A DNA stretch of 64,000 nucleotides from Eledone cirrhosa (lineage: Eukaryota): assembly GCA_964016885.1 (NCBI GenBank), contig OZ024742.1, positions 243,350,001-243,414,000 of the forward strand. Reading direction: 5' to 3'. The first letter of the stretch is position 1; every line of letters begins with the position of its first letter. Shown in pieces: positions 30,406 to 42,328 of this stretch. The notes under the pieces were generated by a model that was given only the letters and a program-made list of their open reading frames with translations, ran no database searches and had not been told where the DNA came from. Position numbers and translations under genes: made by a program.

Positions 30406-30784
30406 CAATTTCTTTTCTTTTACGACCTTGCCACCAGGAAGGTGGCCGGTCAAAAATATACTCGAAAGTAAGAGAACCTCTTTGAGAACCTCTGCTGTAG
30501 TCGAACGATGATGATGCCTATTCACAAATTGGTACGGCTCTTTAAGGTTTCATCTCCATTTAAATCCCATCCAGATAGACTTTACCTTTCCTTCTCCTGG
30601 GGAAGAGGTAAATAAAATGAATAACTAAAAGGTACTACGATCGATATAATTGACATTTCCTTCCCTCAATATTCATAGCGCCTTGTACCTATGTAAAAGA
30701 TCGATATTTATGTTGTCTGTGACTGGTAAAAGTGAGTGAGATTGTAGAACGAGGGTCTAAATATCGTACGATGTTATTAATGGC

Positions 30785-31570
30785 CGTTGATTGGCAGAAT
30801 TGGTGGAGCATGGGACAACATGCTTAGCGACACAGAGTTACGGCCTTTTACAATCTGAGTCCAATCCTGCCAAGGTTAGCTTTGCCTTTCATCCTTTCGA
30901 GGTCGATAAAATAAAGCACTAGTAATGCACTTTCATCCTTTCGGGGTCGATAAAATAAAGTACCAGTAAAGCACTGGGGTCAATTTAATCAACTTGCGCT
31001 TTCTCCAAAAATTGTTTACTTTCATCCTTTCGAGGTCGATAAAATAAAGCACCAGTAATGCACTGAGATAATTGCTGGCCTTGTACCAAAAGTAGAAACA
31101 ATTATTAAAGGCAGAGAATTGGCGTTAGAGCGTCGAATATAATATCTTGTGGTGTTTGTTCCGATTCCTTACGTACTGAGCTCAAATCTCGGCGAAGTCA
31201 ACTTAACTCTTCGTCTTTTCTAGGTCGATAAAATAAAGTACTACTCCATGGCAATGGATTAGTGAAATTGTTAGAATATCTTGCTGTATCTCTTCTAGCG
31301 TTCAGATACATCCTTCTCAGTATAAATTCTATCTAGGGGTTCAAATTCCACAGACGATAGCTGGGTCTAATTATGGTTTCTGGGGGGGGGGGGGGAGTCG
31401 ATTAAATCGACCTCAGTGCGTATCTGGTACTTTATTTTATCGACCCCGCAAGGATGAAAGGCAAAGTTAACCTCGGCGGGATTTGAACTCAGAACGCCAA
31501 AGGGCCGTAAATATATGCCGCGAAGCGTGGTGTCCGACGACACTCTACCGATACTACCAATCCACCGCCC
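30785..31570. mobile_element. SINE family A cluster (triplicated core 30885-31065; minus copy 31395-31570)
   Basis: Repeated TTTCATCCTTTCG(A/G)GGTCGATAAAATAAAG. Confidence 0.8.
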
Positions 31571-31969
31571 TTATAACTGGATCTATTTATACGATCACGT
31601 AACCACCACCCACCCACCCCAACTGATTGTTGAGTGAGTCTACAATGGGAGGAGGAGGCGGAGGAGGGGGTGAGAAGGGGGTGGAAGATGGGAGGGGGTG
31701 AAGAGGGGAGGAAGAGGAGGGGGAATGGTAGGAGGAAGAGGAAGAGGTGGAGGGGTAGGACTGTGATCGTCTGCTACTGCAGTCAAATGATTCTGATGAT
31801 TATTCTCTGTTAGACATATTCTTTCTCCAGTATAAGCGCCCCACCATAGTCGATACAACCAGTAAGTAGCATATTGGCTGTATGTTAGTCAATCGACTTC
31901 ATAGCCGCCATTAAAAAAAGTGTTCACTGAAATCCATATCATCATTGTTCTCTCTTCTCAGCTAAGAAA

Positions 31970-32618
31970 GAACACACATATACATACATACACATACATA
32001 CACATACACACACTCACATATATACATATATATACACACACACTCACACACAAACGCATACACACACACACACGTTCTCACACACTCATATACGCACACA
32101 TACATACACACACACACACACATATATATACATAGTGTGTGTGTGTGTATGTTTGTGTGTGTATATAAATGCGTGTGTGTGAGTGTGTGTGAGTGTGTGT
32201 GCGTGTGTATATGTGTGTGTGTGTGTGAGTGAGTGTGTGTATGTGTATGTTTGTGTGTGTATATATGCGTGTGTGTGTGTGAGTGTGTGTGCGTGTATGT
32301 TTGTGTGTGTATATATATATATATATATATGCGTGTGTGTATGTGTATGAGTGTGTGTGCGTGGGTATATATATATATGTGTGTGTTTGTGTGTGTTTGT
32401 GCGCTTATATATAAGAGAAGGATGTATCTGAGCTCTAGAACAGATACAGCAAGATATACTAACATATATATAAACACACACTCACACATAAACGCATACA
32501 CACACACACGTTCTCACACACTCATATACGCACACAAACATACACACACACATATACATATACATATACATATACATACACACACACACTCACACACACA
32601 TGTACATACACACACACA

Positions 32619-32660
<42 letters not shown>

Positions 32661-33560
32661 CACTCGTACACAAACACACACACACTCATACACAAACCCA
32701 CACACACTCATACACAAACCCACACACACTCATACACAAACACACACACTCATACACAAACACACACACACACACTCATACACAAACAGACACATACTCA
32801 TACACAAACACACACACTCATACACTTATACACAAACACACACACACACACTCATACACAAACAGACACATACTCATACGCAAACACACACACACATACA
32901 CTCATACACAAACACACACACACACACTCATATACACACACACTCACACATACACACACATGGACCCCCCCCCCCCAACTTAGTGTCTTCAATACTTATT
33001 CTCTTATTTTTCTTTTGTCTGGCTTTGGGTTTGTTGTTGTTGTTGGTGGTGTTGGTGTAGTTGTTGTTGCTGTTATTGTTGCTGTTGTTATTGTTGTTGT
33101 CGCTGTTATTGTTGTTATAGTTGCTGTTGGTGGTGGTGGTGTAGTAGTTGTTGTTGTTGTTGTTGTTGTCGCTGTTGTTGTTGTTTTGAGAGGGGGAGTG
33201 TTCTCTTCAGATCTCTTGACATTGGTTGTTTTTTTTGGAGGGGTGTATGTGTGTGTGAGTAAGTGTGTGTGTGTGAGCGTGTGTATCAGTGTGTGAGTAC
33301 GTTTATGAGTGTGTACGTGTCTGAGTGTGCATGTGTGTGTGTGTGCACGTATATATATGAGTGTGTGAGTACGTGTGTGTGTATGTTATAAGTTTATGAG
33401 TATGTGTCTCTGTATGTGTGTGTATGTGAATGTGTGAGTGTGTGTATGTGTGGGTGTATGTGTGTGTATGTGTCTGTATATGTGTGTGTGTGTGAGTATG
33501 TGTATGTGTGTCTGTGTGTGTGTGTGTGTGAGTGTGTGTGTGAGTGTGTGTGTGTGTTTT
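31970..33560. repeat. Complex (CA)/(TG) and (GTT) low-complexity block
   Basis: Direct inspection; alternating strand orientation. Confidence 0.9.
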
Positions 33561-33807
33561 ATTCCTTGTGTGTGTTCGACATAAGATTATTACAGATCTG
33601 AGTTCTTTGAGCAAATATTTCCTTTAGCTTTATTGAAACGAGTTATTAGTCTTTTTTGTTTGTTGTTTTTGCTGATATTTTTCTTTTGTGAAATTTGAGG
33701 GTCTTTTTCGTTTGTTTTTGTTTTGAGGGGCGCATGGGGGCTTAAGAATCAGGGAAGAATATTAATATTTTAATTGAGGTATAACATACATATATATATA
33801 TATACAT

Positions 33808-33880
33808 ATTTCATTCGAAGGAAATCATCTGCTATGTATTGAGTACCCTACTTACTGTGGTTACCCCCTATTGAACACAT
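33808..33880. mobile_element. Fragment of the 50786/20627 pLTR family
   Basis: TTTCATTCG...AAATCATC joined to TGCTATGTATTGAGTACC..ACTTACTGTGGTTACC. Confidence 0.6.
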
Positions 33881-33934
33881 GTATATACATACACATATAT
33901 AAACATACATGCATGTATATATTTATGCATGTAT

Positions 33935-33993
<59 letters not shown>

Positions 33994-34084
33994 ATACCGC
34001 AATAAAAATATTAATATTCTACATTGAACGAACTCTTGAAATATTTGCATTCAGCAGCCCCCCACACGCCCCTCAAAACAGTAA

Positions 34085-34601
34085 AAATAAAGTCCTGAAC
34101 CGTGTCAAGATGCCGAGTGTAAAACGCCTGCTCAAACAGCGTCGTCTGTGCTGGCTCGGTCACGTACATCGTATGCCAGACGGGAGGATCCCAAAAGACC
34201 TACTGTATGGGCAACATGGAGCAAGAGGCCGATCTCGTCTTCGTTTCAAAGACATCTGCAAGAGGGATATGAAGTCAATAGACTTGGACACCCAAATTTG
34301 CGAGAAGGTCGCTAATGATTGCTCCATCCTCTTGCGCAGTACTCACAGAAGTGAGTACTGCGTAAGGGGACGGAGCGAGGGGAGAGGAAACTAAAACTGG
34401 CCATCAAAGAAAAACGTGCTCGCAAAAAGAACAACACAGTAGCACCAGAGGAGAGCATCTACAAATGCAGTCTCTGTATACAGGACTGCCACTCCCGTGT
34501 GGGCCTGTACTGCCACGATAGACACTGCACTGCCGTCAGCAGCTGACACAAAATTCTCCAGGGGCATATCTATGGTCTTTCGAGACCGACGGATGCCAAT
34601 G
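34085..34601 (+). pseudogene. RTE-clade LINE 3' fragment
   Basis: RRLCWLGHVHRMPDGRIPKDLLYG...RFKDICKRDMK; RTE-type 3' end CGAGACCGACGGATGCC. Confidence 0.85.
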
Positions 34602-34612
34602 ACATACATACA

Positions 34613-34963
34613 ATACAAATCTTGAGAAGATGGGCTTCACAGGAATAGAAAGAACACAACTAGTTAGGAAATTACAAGTACAATCCATTAATGGAACAGT
34701 AAAAATATGTAAAACATTCTAAAGATTTTGCATCTAATAACTGCATATACACATGTACAGATACGAAGCGTATACACATGCAAACATACAACTCAAAACA
34801 TACACATCCACACATACAATAACATCCATACCTACACATGCAGACATGCATACATATCTACTTTGTTGATGTTGTGTAAATTCCAATGAGAGAGTATTGT
34901 GTCTATGTTAAAAACCGACTCTCCCTATTGGCAAACATTTGTGAAATTATAAAACCAGAAAAA
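34613..34963 (+). mobile_element. R4/Dong-like 3' end flanked by (CATA)n
   Basis: Matches 29265-29617. Confidence 0.8.
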
Positions 34964-35105
34964 CATACATACATACATACATACATACATACATACATAC
35001 ATACATACATACATAACTATATTAATGGTGTCTTATTTAAGCAGAATGAAAGCAATTTTAGGGGACTAGAATTTTTTCAACACGCTTACGCGTGTATGGA
35101 TGTAT

Positions 35106-35815
35106 TGGTGGCTTGGCAGTATCAGTAGAGAGTCGGGCACTATGCTTTCCAGCATAGAGTTACGTTCCTTTATGGACCGAGTTCAAATTCCGCCAAGGTT
35201 AACTTTGCCTTTCATCCTTACGGGGTCGATAAAACAAAGTACCAGTAATGTACTGGGCAATTGCTGGCCTTGTGCCAAAGAAGAAACAATTATTATGTTC
35301 GCGCAAACACAGACACTCTTTCAAAAATGCACACTCACAGACATACATGTTAGACGCTGTTTTCTGTAGTTTGTCATCACCCCTTCCTTCCTCAATCATC
35401 TCTAGTATGTGACGGACGGAAGTCGCTCAAATAGAGATGTTAAAGTCAATTAAATCAATCCCCAGAATTTGATCGGTACTTTATTTTATCGACCGAGAGA
35501 GAAAATGAAAGGCAAAATTTATTTCAATGGGATTTTCCCTCGGAAGGTAAAGAAACGGGAAAAAGGTTTGTATTAATATTAATAATTGACTATAAAAGAT
35601 GTTAGTGATAATCGATGGAGCGCCCACAAAAATGCAAGTGGTGTTTAGCTGTGTTTCTTAACGCTATAAGATTTGCGTTCAATAACGCTAAGACGGCAAA
35701 TTGGCAAACTGTATTAAAAATGTGTTTGGGCTCATTGCGTTCTGAGTTCAAATCTCGCCTTTTATCTTTTTAAGGTCGATAAATAAAGTACCAGTACAGT
35801 ACTAGGGTTGATTAT
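35106..35815. mobile_element. SINE family A copies (35106-35294 +, about 35445-35550 -, about 35695-35815 +)
   Basis: Family A core motifs. Confidence 0.7.
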
Positions 35816-35856
35816 TCTTCTCTCTATCTCTCTCTCTCCCTCTCTCTTTTTTTCTC

Positions 35857-35888
<32 letters not shown>

Positions 35889-36176
35889 GAAGAAATTGGT
35901 AATGTTTTATCCTGAAGAACCATGGGCTCCGTCGGGTTAAAATAATAGGCTGTGTCAGAACGGTACCCCTACGATTCCATGAAGATTTAAGGGTCCTTTC
36001 CTTTTAATGTCAACTTTGCATTTTCGTTCCTCTGGATCAAGTAAAGTATGAACTAAGTCCTGTAAATCGATTCCATCCATTTTACTCACAATGGCCTTAT
36101 GCCAGACATCGATAACAGAAATCATTATAACTTACCCATCTATTTATGTATCACACATTACACACACACACAGGCA

Positions 36177-36211
<35 letters not shown>

Positions 36212-36563
36212 ACGCACACACATACACATGTCTTGTTCAAACCATTTCTTCTAACCGATCAGCCGAACAGCGCATTGATTCTGGCTAGTTATGATCTGAC
36301 GAGAATCTCATTGAAGCGAGGCAAGACATCAAAAGTGATGAGGTAAAATCAGTTATTGATAGAAGGGGAGATACAAAGGGAAGGAATGAAAGGGCGAAAG
36401 AAGTATGAAAGAAACAATATTGAAATAAAGATAGGATTTAACAAACAGACGAATTAACGAAGGAGAAACTTCTGGCTGAATATTTGACATATTTAAAGAA
36501 AAAAGGATTAAATTAACGAAACGAAGCAATGTTGAATGGAAGAAAAATAAATAGATAGCTATG

Positions 36564-36858
36564 TTTCTTTATTTGCCACAAAGGCGCACAATAAATGGGA
36601 CATTACAAGACGTAAAAGCGGGGATTTTACATAAAATCGTGTAAAGAAGTTATAACAATGAAAATTAAACAATCGAAATCCCCAATAGGGGAGAACATTT
36701 CTGAGAGGTTGTTTTACACTCGGTAGACAGAACAACCCTCAACACATTAAGCGCGTTCTCCCCTTTTTTGTCCTATTCAACCTATAGGTTTATATACAGA
36801 GAGGGCCCATTCACTCGGGCCATTTTCGCTAAATTCACCCACCTTTCAGCGAATGTTT
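36564..36858 (-). mobile_element. 5'-truncated Tx1-like LINE 3' end next to (GATA)n
   Basis: TTTATTTGCCAC terminus and GGCCCATTCACTCGGGCCAT (ORF2 end MARVNGPSLY). Confidence 0.75.
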
Positions 36859-36882
36859 ATATAGAGAGATATATATATATAT

Positions 36883-36952
<70 letters not shown>

Positions 36953-37038
36953 TAGATAGATAGATAGATAGATAGATAGAGAGGGGCGGAGAGAGACAGA
37001 CAAACGACAGATGGACGAATGGATAGAGGAATAGATGG

Positions 37039-37438
37039 ACGGAGGTATAGACGCATACATGGTGGCTGCCAACTCGTTTTCGAGTACGGCCACCGCTTTA
37101 TATCCATGTAGGAGAACCCCTACCGATGCGCTGAACGAATGTGACTTTTTAGTCCAGCCAGCGACTTGAAAACTCTGGTACAAAGACTACACTTGTGACC
37201 ATTATTGACACATAGTGCATCATATTGACCATGTGATGACAAGTGCAGAGAGATCTCCAGATATAAAGCAATGCCTGTGCTGTGAAGCTTTTATAGTGAG
37301 CAAAGGCACTGCACAAAGCCAGTCCCACTCTCTTAACCAAGATGATATTTACCAAAAAGAAGAACAAGTCAACATCATTGGATACCATCAGGGTTGCAGG
37401 TGTTATATCAGAGTTTTCCTTCTCCTAGAATTCTGCCT
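37039..37438 (-). mobile_element. Divergent copy of the RTE-like non-autonomous family
   Basis: Shares AGCAATGCCTGTGCT, CCCACTCTCT and GTCAACATCAT with 29634-29948. Confidence 0.6.
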
Positions 37439-37536
37439 CATACATACATACGTACATACACACATACATGCATACATACATACGTATATACACACATACA
37501 TGCATACATACATACATACATACATACATACATACA

Positions 37537-37567
<31 letters not shown>

Positions 37568-37603
37568 GCATACATACATACATACATACATACATACATA
37601 CAT

Positions 37604-37758
37604 TACTTCGGACAACGCAGCCTTCGTGCTTCGCGTCGAAAAACTGGCTCAAAGCCGTTCTCGACGCTAGCACTCTGGCCACGTCGCCGCTTCTAATTGC
37701 CTCTTCTACTCTATCTATTAGCTCCCTTTCCTTCCTATTCCTATCCGCAGCTAGAACC
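37604..37758 (-). pseudogene. Internal fragment of Tx1-like ORF2
   Basis: VLASRTALSQFFDAKHEGCVVRS matches 41281-41430. Confidence 0.85.
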
Positions 37759-37803
<45 letters not shown>

Positions 37804-38015
37804 AATTTACCTGTCTGTCTATTTGTCTGTCTACCCACATACGTACTTGCATAAAAAACCCACCCCAAAGAAATACATCTAAACATGCATACGTAGATAT
37901 TTAATAATATGCGTTTAGCATTTTTTGAATTAATGGAAATAATCATGAGAATTGCTTTTGATAATAGTATGTATGTATGTATGTATGTATGTATGTATGT
38001 ATGTATGTGTGTGTC

Positions 38016-38541
38016 AGATCGCTCTCGAGTGCTGCGAGTAACATGTAACCCAGTACAACCCGTCTCATGGTCGGGTCGTCGGCGACTAAACCGGCAACCC
38101 CACCAAGCTAGCTTGGTGAGGAGGGTGATATTTGGACACCCTGCGGGATGATATGCAAGACCCGGCAAAGGGCGGAGGAACTCAGCAGGGTCTATGGCCA
38201 TCCAAATAGTACTTTTTTTTTTTTTAACCTGGGAGTGAAAGGCCCCCAGTTGTTGTCACAACACCTTTCTAGGAGAGGGAAACTCTGAAAAAGAAAACCT
38301 GCGGCTTCGGAAGCATCCGATGATGTTGACTAGTTCTCTTTTTCGGGTAGTGTTTTCGATGCTCAGAGAGTGGGATTGGTCGAGTGCAAGGCCTTTCACC
38401 ACTTAAAAAACCTTCAAAGCACAGGCATTGCTTGTTCAAGTTATGTTACATGTTTGTGTCACTGACAGTAGCCTAGAAGTGCACCAAACTCTATAACCTG
38501 ACAAACGATTGCTATACTCTTAGCAGAGTTTGCAGCCATCA
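38016..38541 (+). mobile_element. Longest copy of the non-autonomous RTE-like element, flanked by (TATG)n
   Basis: RTE-like 5' motif CTAGGAGAGGGAAACTCTGAA; copies at 29634, 59891, 37039 and 59546. Confidence 0.65.
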
Positions 38542-38611
38542 CGTATGTATGTATGTATGTATGTATGTATGTATGTATGTATGTATGTATGTATGTATGT
38601 ATGTATGTATG

Positions 38612-38658
<47 letters not shown>

Positions 38659-38888
38659 ATTTCTATTTATTTGCCACGAGGGCACAAAAGAAGGGGACAT
38701 TTACACAGTGGGGGAGTTTACATAAATCGAGTAAAGAAAAAAGGAATAACAATAATAATATAACAATAAAAGTCCTCAAAAGGGAGGGGGCGTGTTGGGG
38801 ATTGCACATACCCCCGAAAAGTGTGCAACTCTTTTCGCGGGGGAAGCCCAGAGAGGAGGCGCTCCCCCTTTCCTCTTCACTTCTTCAC

Positions 38889-41800
38889 CTACAGAACAAT
38901 GTAGAGAGAAGGCCCATTTACACGGGCCATTCTCGCTTCTTTCACCCACCTTTCATAAAACTGTCTGGGACCAAGCACTTCTCTCTCCATCCTGATTCTT
39001 CTTCCGAAGTGGTATCGGAAGAAGTAAACCAGGTGATGGCCGGAGAGAAAGTCACCCGACCTCAGACCTTTCAGGCGCGTCCACCACACAACCTCTTTCA
39101 TCATGGCTATTACGCACAGAAAGACCGCCTCTGCTTCATTTCTGAAGGGAGGATTCGGCTTGATGTTCACCACAGACTCGGCGGTTAATCGAATCGGCGC
39201 CACACGCGACAGCAGTCGTTCGACGTAGCCCCACAGATCGGCAATGCCCGGGCAGTGTACCAGTGCATGCGCAACGGTTTCCTCGTCGCGCACGCATCTG
39301 GGACAGATCTTTTTCGCGGGATCCCTGCCCGGGCGCCCGTGTCTGTAGAGCTTTTCTCGAACGGGCAGAGCCCCCCGGTAACACTGCCAGGCTAGGGACC
39401 TCTGGAAGTTGTCCATGGGTCCCGGGCCGAAAGTTCTACCGAACAGGCTGGCCAGTTCGTCCTCCTCCATGCCTAGCGACTCTCCAAGGGTGTCGTCGCC
39501 CCTGCTAGCCACCAACCCTCTATAGAATGTCGAGGTGGATTCTCCACTGACAGTCGGGTCCGCTTGCCAGAGAGCCGTGAGCGCCTGGGCACACTCGGTG
39601 TGCCAGTTGCCCAGTTTTCTCGGTCTTTGCTTCACCCAGGATTGCAGTTCGGTGAGCGAGACGAGCTGTGGGAAGGCTCGCCTCACAAACGGGGCCCACA
39701 CCGGCTGACCGTTGAGGAATACCTGTAGATGCCGTAGCCTCAATGCGTGCCTACGCATCAACAGCCACGGCATACCCAGCCCTCCTTTCGAAGGGTGCTG
39801 GCAGCAGATGGATCTCCTCACCATGGGAGGCCGCTTCTTCCAGAGGAACTGGAAGAGCATGCGTTCCATGATGGTGAGCTTTTCCTTGGAGCAAGGCACG
39901 ACGGTCAGGCGGTAGTAGATGACGGACGCTATGTAAGCGTTCGTCACCTCCGCCCGACCTTTCAGTGATAGTTTGCACTTGGCCCACTTCTGGGTCAGCG
40001 CAAACACCCTGCTCGTCACCTCGCCCCAATTCTTCTCCACCTGGAGGTCCGGTCCGAACCAGACCCCGAGCAGCTTCACCGGGCCCTCCGTCCACCGCCC
40101 GACGACACCGTCTAACGGCATCGGTTTGCCCCTCCACGTTCCGAGTTGCAAACCGACTGACTTGTCCTGGTTCAGCTTAGCCCCCGTCAGCCTTTCGTAT
40201 TCCTCCAGTAGGGTGGCGATCGCCCCGATTTCCGAGGCGTCCGCCACCATTACTGTTACGTCGTCGGCATAGGCCGAGACCGCTTTGTGTAATCCCGGTT
40301 CCAGGGGTATGCCCCGCAGCAACTCCAACTTCCGCAGCAGTGGCTCGAGAGTCAATACGTACAGAAGGGAGGAGAGGGGGCACCCCTGTCTGATGGATCG
40401 GGTGATTTGAAACGGCTCCGAGAGGTAGCCGTTTACTTTAATCCTAGAGTAGATGTTGCCACTGTGCATGGCAGAAATCCAGCCCCTGAAAACGGGTCCG
40501 AAGCCCGCCGCCGCTAGCACCGCATCCAGGTAACCATGGTCGACCCTATCGAACGCCTTAGATTGATCCAAGTTGATCAGGGCCCCACCAAAGCCGGGTT
40601 CGTAGCCAACCCTCTCTATGATGTATCGCATGAGGTGGAGGTTGTCGTGAATGGACCTGGACGGGATAGCGCATGTCTGCGCGTCTCCCACCAAACCACC
40701 CACCACAAGCGCCAACCTCTTCGCCAACACCTTGGCCAAAATCTGTAACTCTGCATTCAGCAGAGTTATGGGCCTAAAGTTACTTAAGTCGTCCCCCTTG
40801 TTCTCGTCCTTCCTCACTAGCGTGACCACGCCCTTGGTCACAGAACAGGGAATTCTCCCGTTCTGTTGCCAGTTGCAATAGACAGCCTCGAGGAGTTCGG
40901 AGAACAAGACCGGCATAGCTAAATAAAGTTCGTATGGTAGACCATCGAGACCCGGGGATTTGCGTCTGCTGCATTGGCTGAGCGCTTCCCCGATTTCAGT
41001 AGCTGTGATTGGCCTTTCGCAGCACTCCGCTTCGCCGCTCGAAAGACGCGGTAGACCGTCGAGGTATGGACCGAAGTCCACATCCCCGTCCGGCCCTCCG
41101 CCACCTCCGAACAGTCGAGCAAAGTGCCTTTGAAAGGTCTCGCACATTCGCTCAGGTTCAAGGATCACCCGTCCATCCTGGTCTCGCAAAGACCGAATGG
41201 TGGATTTAATACCACTCTTGGCTTCTGTCACGCGGGCCCAGCTAACAGCTTTGGTCCCCTCGTTTCCTAAAGCAGGTATTTTACTTCGGACAACGCAGCC
41301 TTCGTGCTTCGCGTCAAAGAACTGGCTCAATGCCGTTCTCGTCGCTAACACTCTGGCTACGTCTCCGCTCCTAATCGCCTCTTCTAGTTTATCTGTTAAC
41401 TCCCTTTCCCTCCTATTTCTATTCGCCGCTAGTTCCTTACTGTAACCTATCGAACTTACTCTAATCTCTCTCTTTAGAGATATCCACCACCTACTGTTGA
41501 CGATCGCTCCCGTCAACCGCATCTTAACTAAGCTACTAATCCGGTTTCTGTAATCTTTCTTTGTCGGTAAGGACAAGTTCATCTTCCAGTAACCGGGACC
41601 CTGTCTATGCGTTCTATCAAGGTTGACCACGCAGGTCACTAATTTGTGATCTGAATAGCCAACCATGATCAGTTCTGGACAACTAAATACGTCCCTATCC
41701 TTACTCCTAACCAAAAACCTATCTAGGTACGATCTAGATTGTCCACTGCGGTTTGCCCAGGTCCAGGTTGGCGCAGTTGGACAATCTAGTCGAAATCTAT

Positions 41801-42323
41801 CGACCAGGTCGAATCGATCGAGTAACCCCTTGAGGCTGCTACACCCCCCTCTATCGGGACATGCCCCTGCATAGTCCCAACGCGCATCTAGGATTCCATT
41901 CCAGTCCCCCACTAAAAGCAGGGAACGCGACGTTCCCAGAAAAGTCTCCAGACGCTGGAAGAAGTCGGCTCTTTCCGCCCCGAAGGGAGCATAAAGACCG
42001 ACCAGTCTGAAAGCCCCGCCTTCACCGCCTCCGACGTCCAGCACCAGTAATCGACCCCCCGGGTCCGAGTGAACAATCTGTACGTCGAGAGTCAGACGTT
42101 TATCCAGCAGTACGGCAACTCCCCCCCCCCCCCCGCCTCCGGGTTGACAGAGAGATGCGTGCATCTCAAAGTCATCGAAGGCGGGCGCCAGCTGTCTCAC
42201 GCTGCTGATCCGACTCTCGCAAACAACCATCACATCTATACTTTGTGACCTGAGGTCACTTAGAAGCTTTGCTTGCTTCCAAGCTGAGCCCAGGCCACGC
42301 GCGTTCAAACAGCCAACTCTCAA
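38889..42323 (-). CDS. LINE ORF2: APE endonuclease, reverse transcriptase and CCHC domain
   Basis: LNARGL, GDWN, SDH (APE); KSPGLDG, FRPITLLN, KAFD, QGCPLS, YADD (RT); CPRC-x8-H-x4-C; likely start codon ATG>ATA at 42332-42330. Confidence 0.95.
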   Translation of the reverse strand: MRVGCLNARGLGSAWKQAKLLSDLRSQSIDVMVVCESRISSVRQLAPAFDDFEMHASLCQPGGGGGGGVAVLLDKRLTLDVQIVHSDPGGRLLVLDVGGGEGGAFRLVGLYAPFGAERADFFQRLETFLGTSRSLLLVGDWNGILDARWDYAGACPDRGGCSSLKGLLDRFDLVDRFRLDCPTAPTWTWANRSGQSRSYLDRFLVRSKDRDVFSCPELIMVGYSDHKLVTCVVNLDRTHRQGPGYWKMNLSLPTKKDYRNRISSLVKMRLTGAIVNSRWWISLKREIRVSSIGYSKELAANRNRRERELTDKLEEAIRSGDVARVLATRTALSQFFDAKHEGCVVRSKIPALGNEGTKAVSWARVTEAKSGIKSTIRSLRDQDGRVILEPERMCETFQRHFARLFGGGGGPDGDVDFGPYLDGLPRLSSGEAECCERPITATEIGEALSQCSRRKSPGLDGLPYELYLAMPVLFSELLEAVYCNWQQNGRIPCSVTKGVVTLVRKDENKGDDLSNFRPITLLNAELQILAKVLAKRLALVVGGLVGDAQTCAIPSRSIHDNLHLMRYIIERVGYEPGFGGALINLDQSKAFDRVDHGYLDAVLAAAGFGPVFRGWISAMHSGNIYSRIKVNGYLSEPFQITRSIRQGCPLSSLLYVLTLEPLLRKLELLRGIPLEPGLHKAVSAYADDVTVMVADASEIGAIATLLEEYERLTGAKLNQDKSVGLQLGTWRGKPMPLDGVVGRWTEGPVKLLGVWFGPDLQVEKNWGEVTSRVFALTQKWAKCKLSLKGRAEVTNAYIASVIYYRLTVVPCSKEKLTIMERMLFQFLWKKRPPMVRRSICCQHPSKGGLGMPWLLMRRHALRLRHLQVFLNGQPVWAPFVRRAFPQLVSLTELQSWVKQRPRKLGNWHTECAQALTALWQADPTVSGESTSTFYRGLVASRGDDTLGESLGMEEDELASLFGRTFGPGPMDNFQRSLAWQCYRGALPVREKLYRHGRPGRDPAKKICPRCVRDEETVAHALVHCPGIADLWGYVERLLSRVAPIRLTAESVVNIKPNPPFRNEAEAVFLCVIAMMKEVVWWTRLKGLRSGDFLSGHHLVYFFRYHFGRRIRMEREVLGPRQFYERWVKEARMARVNGPSLYIVL

Positions 42324-42328
42324 TTGAT

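Noticed and set aside
31790-31830. Isolated CTGATGA (also at 22523, 62619 and 63928)
   Set aside because: No properly placed stem II-GAAA-UH-stem I
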